Assembly: GCA_964442495.1 (NCBI GenBank)
Contig: CAYTZN010000008.1
Coordinates: forward strand, 3,157-67,156
Direction: 5' to 3'
From: an uncultured Legionella sp.
Lineage (GTDB): Bacteria > Pseudomonadota > Gammaproteobacteria > Legionellales > Legionellaceae
DNA: 64,000 nucleotides
The translations under genes were made by a program, and so were the position numbers. Below are positions 19,960 through 30,180 of this stretch, piece by piece. Numbering within the stretch: position 1 is the first letter of the stretch; each line of letters opens with the position of its first letter. A model generated the notes under the pieces. It searched no databases, was not told where the DNA came from, and saw nothing but the letters and a program-made list of their open reading frames with translations.

Positions 19960-21325
19960 GGTTCATGTCGGCAGGTGGTAATCTTACGCACGCATCAAAG
20001 TAGGGCTTTACGCAGTTAAGTCTATTGGTGGTATCGATATATAACGCCTCTTTGAGTTTTTTTCCTTTGGCTTTGTGGGCGATGTCCACACTCCACAGAG
20101 CATATTGATTTTCCTGAGAGCCGCAATCAATCGTATAGACAAAAGGTTTGTTTTTCAAAAAAAACAACATGCGTGCTTCAAACCATCCGCTGGTTAGTAC
20201 TGGTGTGGGTACGTGTGTATTAGAGGCATTGAACGTTTGCATAAGTGCATGATAATTGAATTTTTTGGAGGGCGTGAAATGAAAGAGGGTCGTGTTGTTA
20301 ATAAGAATGCCAATGCTTGTTATGCAATAGAACAAAATTAAACCCAAAGCGGATTTACGATACGGCAGGTTCTCAAAGCAATACCCTCCAAGGAGCGCGC
20401 TGCTGATAAGAAAAGGTGTCAGCCAGTTTCCTCTAATGGTGGCTTTTGTCGCCGTGAAAAGATAAAAAAGGATAAAAACGACACATACAATGCGACATAA
20501 TTTTATGAATAGATGCTTTTTGGCAGCATGCTCATTGGGTTGTGGGTGTTGTTTCACCCAGCAGAGCAGGGGGGGGATGAGCATGACGTTCAATGAGGGT
20601 AGAAAAATATATAAAAAGGCAGACAAACTATTTTGCAAAGGATTTGCAGGCTGAGGTAATTGGTGTGTGCTTAATTGGTACAAAAAAGAGAGCCAATCAT
20701 GCTGATAGTTCCATAGGATGACCGGGCTGAAAATGATCACTGAAACGAGAGGTACTAGATAAAAAAAAGGGGTTTTAAAAAGGTATCGATAAGGGGATGA
20801 AATTAAAAAAATGAGCAGCGATAAAACCAATACTATCCCTGAGTATTTTGATAGCAGCATTAAACCAATGCTCACACCTATTAAAAATAGGGTTGTAAGA
20901 CGATTGTCTTTTATAAATTTGAGGACCATGTACAAGGTCAACGCCCAAAACAACATAAGAGGATTATCATAGGTTGTTTGTTTTAACAGGTCGATGGTAA
21001 CCAAGGGTGAAAATAGCCACAAGGAAAGAGCGACATGGCTTGCTTTTTGGGAGAGAAACAATCGGGCGGATTTGTAAATGATAACGCTGGTTAAGGCTGT
21101 GGTCACTATTCCAACCATACTAAGGGCCCAAAGGGTGTCACCAAACAAGAGCGTCGATAGTTTAATAAAATACGCTATCATCGGTGAGCCATCATAATAA
21201 GAAAGGTCTAAATGTCTGCTCCATTCCCAATAATAATAGGTATCCAAAGAAAGCAAATTGATAGGCGCAATCACCATTAGTAAGATAAAATAAAGCGTAA
21301 TGCCTAGTGAATTTTTGTGTAACAT
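19913..21325 (-). CDS. ArnT/PMT-like (GT39/GT83-type) integral-membrane glycosyltransferase
   Basis: About 11 TM helices. The N-terminal YYWEWSRHLDLSYYDGSPM loop resembles the ArnT/PMT acidic-loop region, and LLSKYSGIVLV is also typical. Confidence 0.7.
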   Translation of the reverse strand: MLHKNSLGITLYFILLMVIAPINLLSLDTYYYWEWSRHLDLSYYDGSPMIAYFIKLSTLLFGDTLWALSMVGIVTTALTSVIIYKSARLFLSQKASHVALSLWLFSPLVTIDLLKQTTYDNPLMLFWALTLYMVLKFIKDNRLTTLFLIGVSIGLMLLSKYSGIVLVLSLLIFLISSPYRYLFKTPFFYLVPLVSVIIFSPVILWNYQHDWLSFLYQLSTHQLPQPANPLQNSLSAFLYIFLPSLNVMLIPPLLCWVKQHPQPNEHAAKKHLFIKLCRIVCVVFILFYLFTATKATIRGNWLTPFLISSALLGGYCFENLPYRKSALGLILFYCITSIGILINNTTLFHFTPSKKFNYHALMQTFNASNTHVPTPVLTSGWFEARMLFFLKNKPFVYTIDCGSQENQYALWSVDIAHKAKGKKLKEALYIDTTNRLNCVKPYFDACVRLPPADMNLEEEQLYAYKCTNGQ

Positions 21326-21336
21326 ACGTTATGCAA

Positions 21337-22605
21337 CTAGTTGATAGTAAAGAAAATAATAAAAATCATTGTTAAGATAAACAACAACGGATTTACGCTT
21401 TGACGAGTGAATAACCGTAACAACGTATATAAAACAATGCCCGCGCCAATTCCATCTGCAATAGATAACGAAAAGGGAATCATCATGATGGTTAGCATGC
21501 ATGGTGCGGTTTCTGTGATGTTTGTCATTTTCAATGAGCCTAAATGTCGCATCATGCAACACGCAACATACAACAATGCAGGGCCTACGGCAAAGCTTGG
21601 TATGGCTTGTGCAAGAGGAAAGCAAAACAACATGAGGATAAACCCTCCGGCAATCACTAATGCAGTGATGCCGGTTCGCCCTCCGGCTTGAATCCCTGCT
21701 GCAGATTCTATAAAAGGCGAGGTACTCGCTGAGCCTAAGAGCCCCGCTGCTGCAGAGGCTATAGCATCGGCAGTTAAGCTTTTGCTTAAACGTTTTGAAT
21801 AATGCGCGTTATCTTTAAATGCGGATTGGTTAAGTAACCCTATTAATGTTCCTGTTGCATCAAAGACTGCAATAAGAAAGAAAGTAAAGGTGGCTTTGAG
21901 ACTCGTAATACTCATTAATCCTGAAAAATCTAATTTTAAAAATGTTGGTGATATTGAGGGAGGCAGTGCTATAAAGCCCTTCCACGTGGTGAGGCCCGTT
22001 AATAAACTTAAGAGGCTAATGACGAGGATGCCAATAATAATGGCGGCTGGTACACGATAATAGTCTAATAATAAAATTAAAATAAAGCCTAAAAAGAACA
22101 GTAAGCTTTCAGGCCGGCTTAAATCGCCGAGATGCATTAACGTGTGAGGCGAGCCTACGACCAAATGATTGGTTTGTAATGCAATAAGTGCGATTAAAAG
22201 GCTAATGCCAATCAAAATGGCAATTTGAAGTTGTTCTGGTATGGCTTCTATAAGCAATCGGCGAAGAGACGATAGGCTGACTAAAATAAACAACAAACCA
22301 GAAACAAACACCATGGCCAATGCTTGCTGCCAAGGAATGCCAAGACCTTGTACAACGCCGTAGGTAAAATAAATATTTAAGGCCATTCCTGGCGCTATTC
22401 CAATGGGTGTATTCGCAAATAACCCAGTTAAGACACAAGCAAAAGCTGTAACAAGGCAGGTTGCTGTGAAAACGGCGCCTTGGTCTATGCCCGCGTCATG
22501 TAAAATGGTCGGGTTAACGAACGCGATATAAGCCATGGTAAGAAACGTGGTTAATCCAGCTAACAGTTCTGTTTTAAAGTGGGCATTGGATTTGAAAGGG
22601 TTCAT
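21337..22605 (-). CDS. NCS2/AzgA-family purine (adenine/guanine/hypoxanthine) permease
   Basis: FKTELLAGLTTFLTMAYIAFVNPTIL... is the characteristic AzgA/PurP N-terminus. The protein is polytopic across 422 aa. Confidence 0.8.
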   Translation of the reverse strand: MNPFKSNAHFKTELLAGLTTFLTMAYIAFVNPTILHDAGIDQGAVFTATCLVTAFACVLTGLFANTPIGIAPGMALNIYFTYGVVQGLGIPWQQALAMVFVSGLLFILVSLSSLRRLLIEAIPEQLQIAILIGISLLIALIALQTNHLVVGSPHTLMHLGDLSRPESLLFFLGFILILLLDYYRVPAAIIIGILVISLLSLLTGLTTWKGFIALPPSISPTFLKLDFSGLMSITSLKATFTFFLIAVFDATGTLIGLLNQSAFKDNAHYSKRLSKSLTADAIASAAAGLLGSASTSPFIESAAGIQAGGRTGITALVIAGGFILMLFCFPLAQAIPSFAVGPALLYVACCMMRHLGSLKMTNITETAPCMLTIMMIPFSLSIADGIGAGIVLYTLLRLFTRQSVNPLLFILTMIFIIFFTIN

Positions 22606-22734
22606 AGCGAAAGTGTTGTCTTCATGAAAAGCTCATCCTACCTGGTGTTGGGTAGGGCATGCAAGAGAAGAAATGTTTCAGGCGTGTGGTGAAAAAATCA
22701 TTCGTGGCCACTGAGGAGCCACGCTCTGAGGGTT

Positions 22735-23544
22735 TTAAAATAAATGAAATTTAAAGACGTTAAATGCAATTTCAATGGCAATTAAAACGATGACCATCAT
22801 CTCAAGACTATTGGTATGGCGATTTTCTAAATAGCCATTAAACATATCAAAAATTTCGTTGAGCGTATCAAGACGATGATTAATCGCATTCACCCGTCTT
22901 TGGATATGCAAATACCGTTCGAGCATGATGTAGTACTCTTCAAGCGTTGGATGCTGCCAAAAGTATTTTGGATGGTATAAAAAATTACTGATTAAATTCA
23001 TTTCACTTTTTGCGCTTAAAATTTCACCGATGATTTGGCGAATGTGATTGCGCGTCACTGACATTCCACCTTTGTTTGAAAGGCTTTGAATGAGTGGGGT
23101 ATATTTTTCAATCAGGGCTTCTAAAATGGTTTCAAAATATTGCAATTTAACCGATTGGGAAAAGCCATAAGATAAACTAAGCTTGAGTTCCTCACTGTTT
23201 GAATCAAGCGTTAAGCAGTCTACGTCGAAAAAATCATGAGGTTCAATGGATGTTTTTTCACCTTCTTGATAACTAAATTCATCATGAACACGAAATAAAA
23301 TAGGTTTGTCAGCAAAAAGGCGGATAGTGTCTAGGTAGGCTTTCATTTGATAGCGCTTTACCCCCCACGATACAACGGTGCCGTTTCTAAAAACAAACAC
23401 AAGATTATTTTTAGCATCGTTTGGACTAAGTTTTAAGATGTCACGCGATTTGACAGAGGCGTATCCAACAAGTGTGGTCTTGTAATGATTGTCCAATCGC
23501 GATAGGTCGATACTATTGGCAATGCAATAACTTAAGCATTCCAT
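22735..23544 (-). CDS. DUF155 (RMD1/YagE-family) protein
   Basis: LVFVFRNGTVVSWGV matches the family's iFiFxyGvvVfWg block. It has a single C-terminal TM helix (MVIVLIAIEIAFNVF), as in RMND1 homologs. Confidence 0.65.
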   Translation of the reverse strand: MECLSYCIANSIDLSRLDNHYKTTLVGYASVKSRDILKLSPNDAKNNLVFVFRNGTVVSWGVKRYQMKAYLDTIRLFADKPILFRVHDEFSYQEGEKTSIEPHDFFDVDCLTLDSNSEELKLSLSYGFSQSVKLQYFETILEALIEKYTPLIQSLSNKGGMSVTRNHIRQIIGEILSAKSEMNLISNFLYHPKYFWQHPTLEEYYIMLERYLHIQRRVNAINHRLDTLNEIFDMFNGYLENRHTNSLEMMVIVLIAIEIAFNVFKFHLF

Positions 23545-23645
23545 GATTACACGCTACCCATGATAATAAAGTTACTGTTCATATAGGCATTTTATGCAAT
23601 ATGAACCGCATAAGAAAGGTTGATTATAGCTTAATCTTACCAATA

Positions 23646-23915
23646 CTACACGTCTTCTACCGTTTCCTTGCCGTGGTATGCTTTTTTACGGTCTGTTTTA
23701 CCGCTTAGCCACTGCGGACATACTTCTAAAATTTCAGCAATTTTGTCTAATTGATCTTCAGGGGGCAACATATGGCCAAAGATCATGGCGTTTGCTAAAT
23801 GACGGGTAACATCGAATACTTTTGAAATGGCTTTGGTTTTTTCAGTTATGTCCTCAGGAAACCCCAGGGTTGATAACTCACGATTAAAGCGCTGCGAAAA
23901 TACTTTGCTGCCCAT
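23646..23915 (-). CDS. small helix-turn-helix (Cro/CI-like) protein
   Basis: 89 aa. The AISKVFDVTRHLANAMIFG segment and the ...LDKIAEILEVCPQWLSGKTD ending resemble XRE-type HTH proteins. The assignment is tentative. Confidence 0.45.
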   Translation of the reverse strand: MGSKVFSQRFNRELSTLGFPEDITEKTKAISKVFDVTRHLANAMIFGHMLPPEDQLDKIAEILEVCPQWLSGKTDRKKAYHGKETVEDV

Positions 23916-24141
23916 TTTTCCCCTCCTTGAAAAATAATGATGCTGTATAGGTATGACGTTCCCATTGGTCTGGTTGTATTTTCCATAATCCTATGCAGAA
24001 TACAATCATTGCTAGAACAATCCTTGATCTAGTAATTTAAAACGTCAATGAAGTTATAACTTATTTTTTTTATAGATAAAAGTATTTTTGTGAAGAAACG
24101 TTTTTTATCTATATTACATAGGTAGCCACAAGCGTGTTTTT

Positions 24142-24849
24142 TTATTTAAGTTGGTATTCCACAGTGGTTACCACACGTATTTTTTTCATGATGGCAGTGC
24201 CAGAGTCATAGTTAGAGTTTGCATCTGTGATGGTAAATAAGCCTTGCGTGGCACGACGAATGTAGCCTAATGAGGCATGGGCATTTTTCGCAAAGCTTCG
24301 TCCCGCTTCACGTGCATTTTGCGTGGCTTCATCCAGCATGAGGGGTTTAATAGCGTTCAAACCATTAAAGCGGTAAATAGCATTCGAGGTGGTGACAACA
24401 ACACCTTGTTGGACCAGGTCGCCTGTTTTTTGAAGGGCAATAGCAACTTGATCAACATCCTGAGTGCTCGCCGTGAGTCCTGTGTCCGCGCTGTAACGGG
24501 GCATAGCTTGGTTTTGGTTGTAGGAGACGCTTTGATTGTCTATGACGGACACAGGGTTGGTGATGATTTCGCTATCTTTAAAGCCTTGTTTGTTTAAAAA
24601 TTGGCGGGTTTTACCTTGGGCATCGGCAATGGCTTGATAAAGCGCAGGCAATTCATTGTTCACCAATTTAATATTTAAGGTCCAGATCGCCTCATCTGCT
24701 TTTACGACACGCTCAGCCAGTCCTTTGACTTCAACAAAGCGGTTGTATTGTCTTGATGCGGTTAAGCCGTGAGCAATAAAAAAGCCACTTAACGCAACCC
24801 CAGTTCCAAGAATGAGGGCTGTAAATAATTTATACCACATGATGCTCAT
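24142..24849 (-). CDS. SIMPL-domain (DUF541) periplasmic/membrane-anchored protein
   Basis: N-terminal anchor, then [24 protein letters not shown] and the C-terminal [10 protein letters not shown]. The overall pattern and size fit SIMPL/YggE-like proteins. Confidence 0.6.
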   Translation of the reverse strand: MSIMWYKLFTALILGTGVALSGFFIAHGLTASRQYNRFVEVKGLAERVVKADEAIWTLNIKLVNNELPALYQAIADAQGKTRQFLNKQGFKDSEIITNPVSVIDNQSVSYNQNQAMPRYSADTGLTASTQDVDQVAIALQKTGDLVQQGVVVTTSNAIYRFNGLNAIKPLMLDEATQNAREAGRSFAKNAHASLGYIRRATQGLFTITDANSNYDSGTAIMKKIRVVTTVEYQLK

Positions 24850-26323
24850 CCTTTTCTTTGCAAGCGTGTTGTTTTTGAGTGGCGAAATAGTTTAAATCCA
24901 ATTCACGAGCGGCTTTTACATCATCAAGCCGTTTAACGGGCAAGGTGTGTGGCGCATTTTTTAAGAGCTCAGGTTGGGTTTTAGCTTCCTGTAAAATGGT
25001 TTTCATGGCACGGACAAAATTATCCAATTCGGCTTTGCATTCCGTCTCCGTGGGTTCAATCAGCAAACATTCGGGGACTAACAATGGGAAATAGGTGGTA
25101 GGCGCATGAAATCCGTAATCTAGCAGCCGTTTAGCGAGGTCCATGGCATTGATACCATATTTATTTTTTTCCTCGCGTAACGTTAAAATAAATTCATGGC
25201 TCGCCCGCCTAAGGGGGTACGCTGCTGTGAAGCCTGCGTTTGTTAATTCTGCCAGAAGATAATTAGCATTTAGTGTGGCATGCTCGGCCACACGAAGCAG
25301 ACCTTCTTTTCCTAAGACACAAATATAAAAATACGCGCGAAGTAAAATGCCGGCATTTCCCATAAAACATGAGAGTCGACCAATGCTTTGCGGGTAGTCC
25401 TCTTTATCGGCAAAGCGATAGTGCTCTCCTTCCTTCATGATGATGGGGAGCGGTAAAAAAGGCAGCAGGCGAGGACCAACAGCGACAGGACCTGCTCCTG
25501 GCCCACCTCCACCATGGGGAGTTGCAAAGGTTTTGTGTAAATTAAGGTGCATGACGTCAAACCCCATGTCACCGGGGCGAACCTTGCCTAAAATGGCATT
25601 CAGATTGGCACCATCGTAATATAATAGCCCACCGGCCTGATGAACCATTTCCGCGACAATTTTAATTTTTTGCATGAACAATCCCAATGTCGAGGGATTG
25701 GTGAGCATAATGCCGGCAGTTCTTGGTCCTATTTTTTGACGTAACTCATCAATATTGATATCGCCATCTTCACTGGTTTTTATTTCAATGACTTTAAACC
25801 CGCACATGACTGCCGATGCTGGATTTGTTCCATGAGCGGCATCTGGAATAAGCATTTCATCACGTAACGTGTCGCCTCTGGATTGATGATAGGCTTTGAT
25901 CATAGCAACCCCAGCAAATTCGCCTTGGGAGCCAGCCATAGGTGTTAATGACACACCTGGTAACCCGGTTATTTCACTTAAATATTCTTGCAGTGTAAAA
26001 AGTGCCTGTAAAAACCCTTGGCTTGCTTCGGGCATTGCTAAGGGATGTCGGTTGATAAACCCAGGAAAAGATGCTGCTTTATGCACACCACGTGGGTTGT
26101 ACTTCATTGTGCACGATCCTAACGGATAAAAATGAGTATCAATTGAAAAATTCATTTGTGAGAGGCGCGTAAAATGACGAACAATTTGTAACTCAGAGCA
26201 TTCCGGCCAGCGAGGCGGGGCTTTCCGCGCAAATTCACTAGGAATCGTGTGTTTAGAATGAATGCATTGAGGTGCTTGTGCTGTGGCTTGGCGCCCAGGT
26301 TTTGATTGTTCAAAAATCAACAT
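24830..26323 (-). CDS. gcvPB: glycine dehydrogenase (decarboxylating) subunit 2
   Basis: [10 protein letters not shown]..., the PLP-lysine region [22 protein letters not shown], and 497 aa length. Confidence 0.95.
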   Translation of the reverse strand: MLIFEQSKPGRQATAQAPQCIHSKHTIPSEFARKAPPRWPECSELQIVRHFTRLSQMNFSIDTHFYPLGSCTMKYNPRGVHKAASFPGFINRHPLAMPEASQGFLQALFTLQEYLSEITGLPGVSLTPMAGSQGEFAGVAMIKAYHQSRGDTLRDEMLIPDAAHGTNPASAVMCGFKVIEIKTSEDGDINIDELRQKIGPRTAGIMLTNPSTLGLFMQKIKIVAEMVHQAGGLLYYDGANLNAILGKVRPGDMGFDVMHLNLHKTFATPHGGGGPGAGPVAVGPRLLPFLPLPIIMKEGEHYRFADKEDYPQSIGRLSCFMGNAGILLRAYFYICVLGKEGLLRVAEHATLNANYLLAELTNAGFTAAYPLRRASHEFILTLREEKNKYGINAMDLAKRLLDYGFHAPTTYFPLLVPECLLIEPTETECKAELDNFVRAMKTILQEAKTQPELLKNAPHTLPVKRLDDVKAARELDLNYFATQKQHACKEKDEHHVV

Positions 26324-26625
26324 AATTTACCTTCCGCTGTAAGAAGAATGTCTTTAAGTTCGTCCCGATGCTTAACCGGTGTAAATTGGATAAATTCGTA
26401 ATCTGCAATTTCAGCAAGACGGTAAGGGTCTTTTTGAAAAACGGTTTCTAAATAGGCTCGATCGGTTGTTAATGCGATGATAATTCCACCGGTGCGGGGT
26501 TTTATCGGACCTGATGCGAGCAATAGCCCTTGCTTGTAGTAATAATCAAGAAACTCGCGATGCGATTGCATGTATTTATCGACTTCACTTAAAGGTACTT
26601 TATACTTTAACTGGATTATAAACAT
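26317..26625 (-). CDS. YciI-like protein
   Basis: 102 aa. MFIIQLKYK...[19 protein letters not shown]...GGIIIA...DPY is the YCII-domain pattern. Confidence 0.7.
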   Translation of the reverse strand: MFIIQLKYKVPLSEVDKYMQSHREFLDYYYKQGLLLASGPIKPRTGGIIIALTTDRAYLETVFQKDPYRLAEIADYEFIQFTPVKHRDELKDILLTAEGKLC

Positions 26626-26627
26626 GG

Positions 26628-27995
26628 TTATTTCTCGCTCGACATGATTTCTTTAAGTGCGATGACGTAGTTTAAAATATCCTCTTCAGTGCGCATTTCT
26701 GTCGCACAAACCAATAAGGTATTTTTCAATTGAGGATAATGTGCCTCTACGGCATAACCCCCGGTAATTCCTTTCGCCAGCAGTGCCTGTAACAAAGGTT
26801 TTACGGGGCGATTAACGTGTAACAGGGCTTCATGAAAATAGGGCGAGTTAAACACACGCGTTACACCAGGAATTTGAGTTAATGCGGCGACCAATTCATG
26901 CGTATTATGATGGCAATGATGGGCAACCTGGGATAAGCCTTGAGCGCCTAATAAGCTCATGTGAATGGTGGCGGCCGTGACAAGCAAGCCTTGATTGGTG
27001 CAGATATTTGACGTTGCTTTACCACGGCGTATATGTTGCTCTCGGGCTTGCAACGTTAATGTGAAGCCTTGCTTGCCTTCTTTATCCAGGGTCCGACCAA
27101 TAAGGCGGCCTGGCATTTGCCTGACGTGTTCTAACCGGGTGCTAAAAAAGCCAAAATACGGACCGCCAGAGGCCATAGGTGCACCGAAAGGTTGGCCTTC
27201 ACCACAAGCAATGTCTACCCCATGCTTGCCCCAAAGACCAGGAGGTTTAAGGGCGCCAAGAGACACCGGGTTGACACAGCCAATGCTGACAGTATGGTTT
27301 GCTTCAGCCCAGTCACACATGGCATCTACTTGTTCTAAGTGGCCAAAAAAATTGGGTTGAGACATCACTAGGGCTGTAATGTCTTCACCTCGATAGTTTT
27401 CTAAAGCCGTAATGGGGGTTATTCCTTGCTCCATATCAAATGGCAGGGTAATGATTTCAATGTGTTGGTTGCAAACGATGGTTTCAAGCGTTTCCCTGTA
27501 AAGAGGGTGAAGGGTACCTGCGATTAACACACGGTTTGTTTTACTGTGACGGTTAATGCGAATGGCCATCAGTACCGCTTCAGCAAGTGCTGTGGCGCCA
27601 TCGTACATGGATGCATTGGCAACGTCTAAACCGGTGAGTTCCGTTATTAGGGTTTGGTATTCATACAGTAATTGCAGCGTACCTTGACTTGCTTCAGCCT
27701 GATAAGGTGTATAGGCCGTGAGAAATTCTCCCCGTGATGCAATGTCCCATACTGTTGCAGGAATATGGTGCTCATAGCTGCCCGCGCCCATAAAGCAAAT
27801 ACCGTTTTTATTTTTATCAGCCAAGTCAGTGGCATGTTTTAACAACGCCATTTCACTGATGCCAGAAGGCATCTCTTTGAAGCCTTGGTATTGTAATGAG
27901 CTAGGAATTTCATCAAACAGTGCATCTATGTTTTCAGCTTTGATGCGCTCTAGCATGGCTGTTTTTTCGTCGGCAGTATGGGGAATGTAAGGCAT
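26628..27995 (-). CDS. gcvPA: glycine dehydrogenase (decarboxylating) subunit 1
   Basis: MPYIPHT...FMGAGSYEHHIPA...YTPYQAEASQGTLQ is typical GcvPA. Confidence 0.95.
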   Translation of the reverse strand: MPYIPHTADEKTAMLERIKAENIDALFDEIPSSLQYQGFKEMPSGISEMALLKHATDLADKNKNGICFMGAGSYEHHIPATVWDIASRGEFLTAYTPYQAEASQGTLQLLYEYQTLITELTGLDVANASMYDGATALAEAVLMAIRINRHSKTNRVLIAGTLHPLYRETLETIVCNQHIEIITLPFDMEQGITPITALENYRGEDITALVMSQPNFFGHLEQVDAMCDWAEANHTVSIGCVNPVSLGALKPPGLWGKHGVDIACGEGQPFGAPMASGGPYFGFFSTRLEHVRQMPGRLIGRTLDKEGKQGFTLTLQAREQHIRRGKATSNICTNQGLLVTAATIHMSLLGAQGLSQVAHHCHHNTHELVAALTQIPGVTRVFNSPYFHEALLHVNRPVKPLLQALLAKGITGGYAVEAHYPQLKNTLLVCATEMRTEEDILNYVIALKEIMSSEK

Positions 27996-27997
27996 GA

Positions 27998-28384
27998 TTA
28001 ATGGTGATCCTCTGCTATTGCATTTTGGTATTCTTCTGCGTCCAGTAAATCATTGAGTTCATTTAAATCCTGGGCTTCTATTTTTACAAGCCAGCCTTCA
28101 CCGTAAGGGTCTTTATTGACGAGGGCGGGGTCTTTATTTACTTGTTCATTTACAGCAATAACAACGCCACTAATGGGGGCATAAAAATCTGAAGCCGCTT
28201 TAACTGATTCAACGACACCAATTTCATCCCCTGCATTGACTTCAGTGCCTATTTGCGGCAAATCAACAAACACCATGTCACCTAAAAGCTCTTGTGCGTG
28301 TTGGGTGATGCCTATGACCATCTCATCGTTTATCCATTCGTGACTTTCTGTAAATTTAAAATTTTTGGGTGCATCGATCATCAT
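27998..28384 (-). CDS. gcvH: glycine cleavage system H protein
   Basis: Lipoyl-lysine motif VESVKAASD. 128 aa. Confidence 0.95.
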   Translation of the reverse strand: MMIDAPKNFKFTESHEWINDEMVIGITQHAQELLGDMVFVDLPQIGTEVNAGDEIGVVESVKAASDFYAPISGVVIAVNEQVNKDPALVNKDPYGEGWLVKIEAQDLNELNDLLDAEEYQNAIAEDHH

Positions 28385-28401
28385 TTTGTCCTTGTTATTT
28401 T

Positions 28402-29484
28402 TTAAATAGCTTTGCCATGTTTAATAAAGCGGGGTTTACTAACGTCTGCTTCATAGAGTTTTCCACGAATATCAACCAACACATGCTCACCTGCTTCTAT
28501 GGGAAGCCGGGCAAATGCAATGGATTTGGCAAGTGTTGGTGAATAGGTGCCACTGGTAATAATGCCATCAGCGTGTCCCTCAATCACAACACGTTGCCCG
28601 TTTCGCATGATGCCTTTTTCTTTTAACGTAAGACCAACGAGCTTACGTGTTAAGCCTTGTTGTTTTTGGGAAAGGAGCGCCCCTAATCCAATAAAATCGC
28701 GGTCTTCAGGTTCCCACTTTACGGTCCAATTTAAATTAGACTCTAACGGTGTTGTTGTTTCATCCATGTCTTGTCCATAGAGGAGCATACCTGCTTCAAG
28801 ACGAAGCGTGTCTCGAGCGGCAAGCCCACAAGGCTTTACCCCTGCAGCGATCAAAGCATTCCACAGTCCTGTAATTTCGGTTTCAGGTAAAATAATTTCC
28901 AACCCATCCTCACCGGTGTACCCAGTCCGGGCAAAAAACCAATCGCCCACATCAACACATTCAAAATAAGTAAGCGTGGATATAGCATCTGCTTGGGCAG
29001 GATTAAGGACGTTTAATGTTTTTGGGAGGGCGTCAGGACCTTGGACGGCAAGCATGGCAAGTTCTGTGCGCTCTTGTAAACCCGCAGAGAATCCACAGAT
29101 TTTTTCGCGGATCCAGGCGAGATCGCGCTCACGTGTTGCAGAATTTAATACCAGACGATAATTATCAGAGGCGCGTTGATACACAATTAAATCATCAATA
29201 ATTCCGCCGTGCTCATTGCACATGCAGGTATAGAGCGCACGTCCGTTATGTTGAAGTTGATCCACATCATTGGTTAACAGTTTACGTAGAAATTGCCGAC
29301 CGCCAGCACCCAATACATCAACCACCGTCATGTGCGATACATCAAACATTCCAGCAGATTTTCGAACAACCTCATGCTCTTCAAGTTGAGATCCATAATG
29401 CAGTGGCATTTCCCAACCGTGAAAATCCACTAACCTTGAGCCCATGGATAAATGACAGGCATGAAGGGGCGTTTTTGCAAGCAT
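28402..29484 (-). CDS. gcvT: glycine cleavage system aminomethyltransferase T
   Basis: [37 protein letters not shown] parallels E. coli GcvT. The start at 29484 is chosen because the longer track ORF (to 29562) runs through a hairpin and a promoter-like element. Confidence 0.9.
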   Translation of the reverse strand: MLAKTPLHACHLSMGSRLVDFHGWEMPLHYGSQLEEHEVVRKSAGMFDVSHMTVVDVLGAGGRQFLRKLLTNDVDQLQHNGRALYTCMCNEHGGIIDDLIVYQRASDNYRLVLNSATRERDLAWIREKICGFSAGLQERTELAMLAVQGPDALPKTLNVLNPAQADAISTLTYFECVDVGDWFFARTGYTGEDGLEIILPETEITGLWNALIAAGVKPCGLAARDTLRLEAGMLLYGQDMDETTTPLESNLNWTVKWEPEDRDFIGLGALLSQKQQGLTRKLVGLTLKEKGIMRNGQRVVIEGHADGIITSGTYSPTLAKSIAFARLPIEAGEHVLVDIRGKLYEADVSKPRFIKHGKAI

Positions 29485-29518
29485 TGCACATCCTTTTGTT
29501 TCAATGTTGAGTAGAGTG

Positions 29519-29546
29519 ATTATACCGAGATGATTGGCGTCAGCAA
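29519..29546 (-). promoter_or_regulatory. sigma70-like promoter for gcvT (TTGCTG-N16-TATAAT on the minus strand)
   Basis: The reverse strand reads cTTGCTGacgccaatcatctcggTATAATcactc about 30 nt upstream of the gcvT ATG. A 10-bp hairpin (29553-29577) lies just upstream, after the preceding gene. Confidence 0.4.
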
Positions 29547-29595
29547 GAGTGTAAAGGTTCATAATGAATGAACCTTTTGTGGGATGTGAAAGATG

Positions 29596-30090
29596 TTAAG
29601 AGGGGCATTGGCATGACGGTTGGATGACCTTGGCTTGAAGGCTTGTAATAGCAAAGCCTCGTATGCCTTGCCCTAGAGGCGCGGTACCGAATTCAAGCGT
29701 TATTCCTAAGGTTTGCTTTTGTTGATATTGTGGGTTTTTATAAACGACCAGCAAGGGCATGGTGGCTTGCCAAACATTTGGGCGCAGGGGTTTAATCTCA
29801 GGCGGAAGGGTTGCTACGGCGCTTACGTAATAGTTGTTTTTCTGGACGGCGTCGGGTAATTTTGAATCATTTAGTACTTTGCTGTAGTCTATCCAAGCTT
29901 TAGACGTAAAATATTGGGCAATTTCTTTTTGTTGTAGAAGGAAATTTTGGTAATCATACGTGTATGTTGCAACAATGGCTTCATTGGCCCAAACAGCAAG
30001 TTGCGTGTTATCCATATCAGCAATGACGGTGCCGGAAAAAGCAATTAATGATAAGCATAATGCAGTAAGTCGTTGATAAAACATTACCAT
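29596..30090 (-). CDS. secreted small protein, IcmL/DotI-like domain (orphan, outside any T4SS locus in this window)
   Basis: Signal peptide, then AVWANEAIVATYTYDYQNFLLQQKEIAQYFT...WQATMPLLVVYKNP...QTLGITLEF. This resembles the IcmL-like family (PF11393-type) as I recall it. Confidence 0.45.
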   Translation of the reverse strand: MVMFYQRLTALCLSLIAFSGTVIADMDNTQLAVWANEAIVATYTYDYQNFLLQQKEIAQYFTSKAWIDYSKVLNDSKLPDAVQKNNYYVSAVATLPPEIKPLRPNVWQATMPLLVVYKNPQYQQKQTLGITLEFGTAPLGQGIRGFAITSLQAKVIQPSCQCPS

Positions 30091-30180
30091 TCCCGTGTTC
30101 TAATGATGATTGATCATTGTATCTAATTTTAAAAGGGTGTCTAGGTTATTCAATAGCCACTCATGCTCAGACCCAGTGCA

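Noticed and set aside
21329-21625. 98-aa minus-strand ORF and 21407-21691 plus-strand ORF over the purine-permease 3' end.
   Set aside because: They are alternative frames of a well-supported polytopic transporter gene.
29485-29562. Longer gcvT reading frame starting at 29562 (MNLYTLADANHLG...).
   Set aside because: The extension is unlike GcvT N-termini. It is encoded by the hairpin and promoter-like sequence, and the internal ATG at 29484 gives MLAKTPLH..., matching homologs.
29485-29595. Looked for a glycine riboswitch upstream of gcvT, and also on the minus strand of 30091-30600.
   Set aside because: No GGAGAG...CACCGAAGGGGCAA-type conserved cores are present. I found only a 10-bp hairpin and a sigma70-like promoter.
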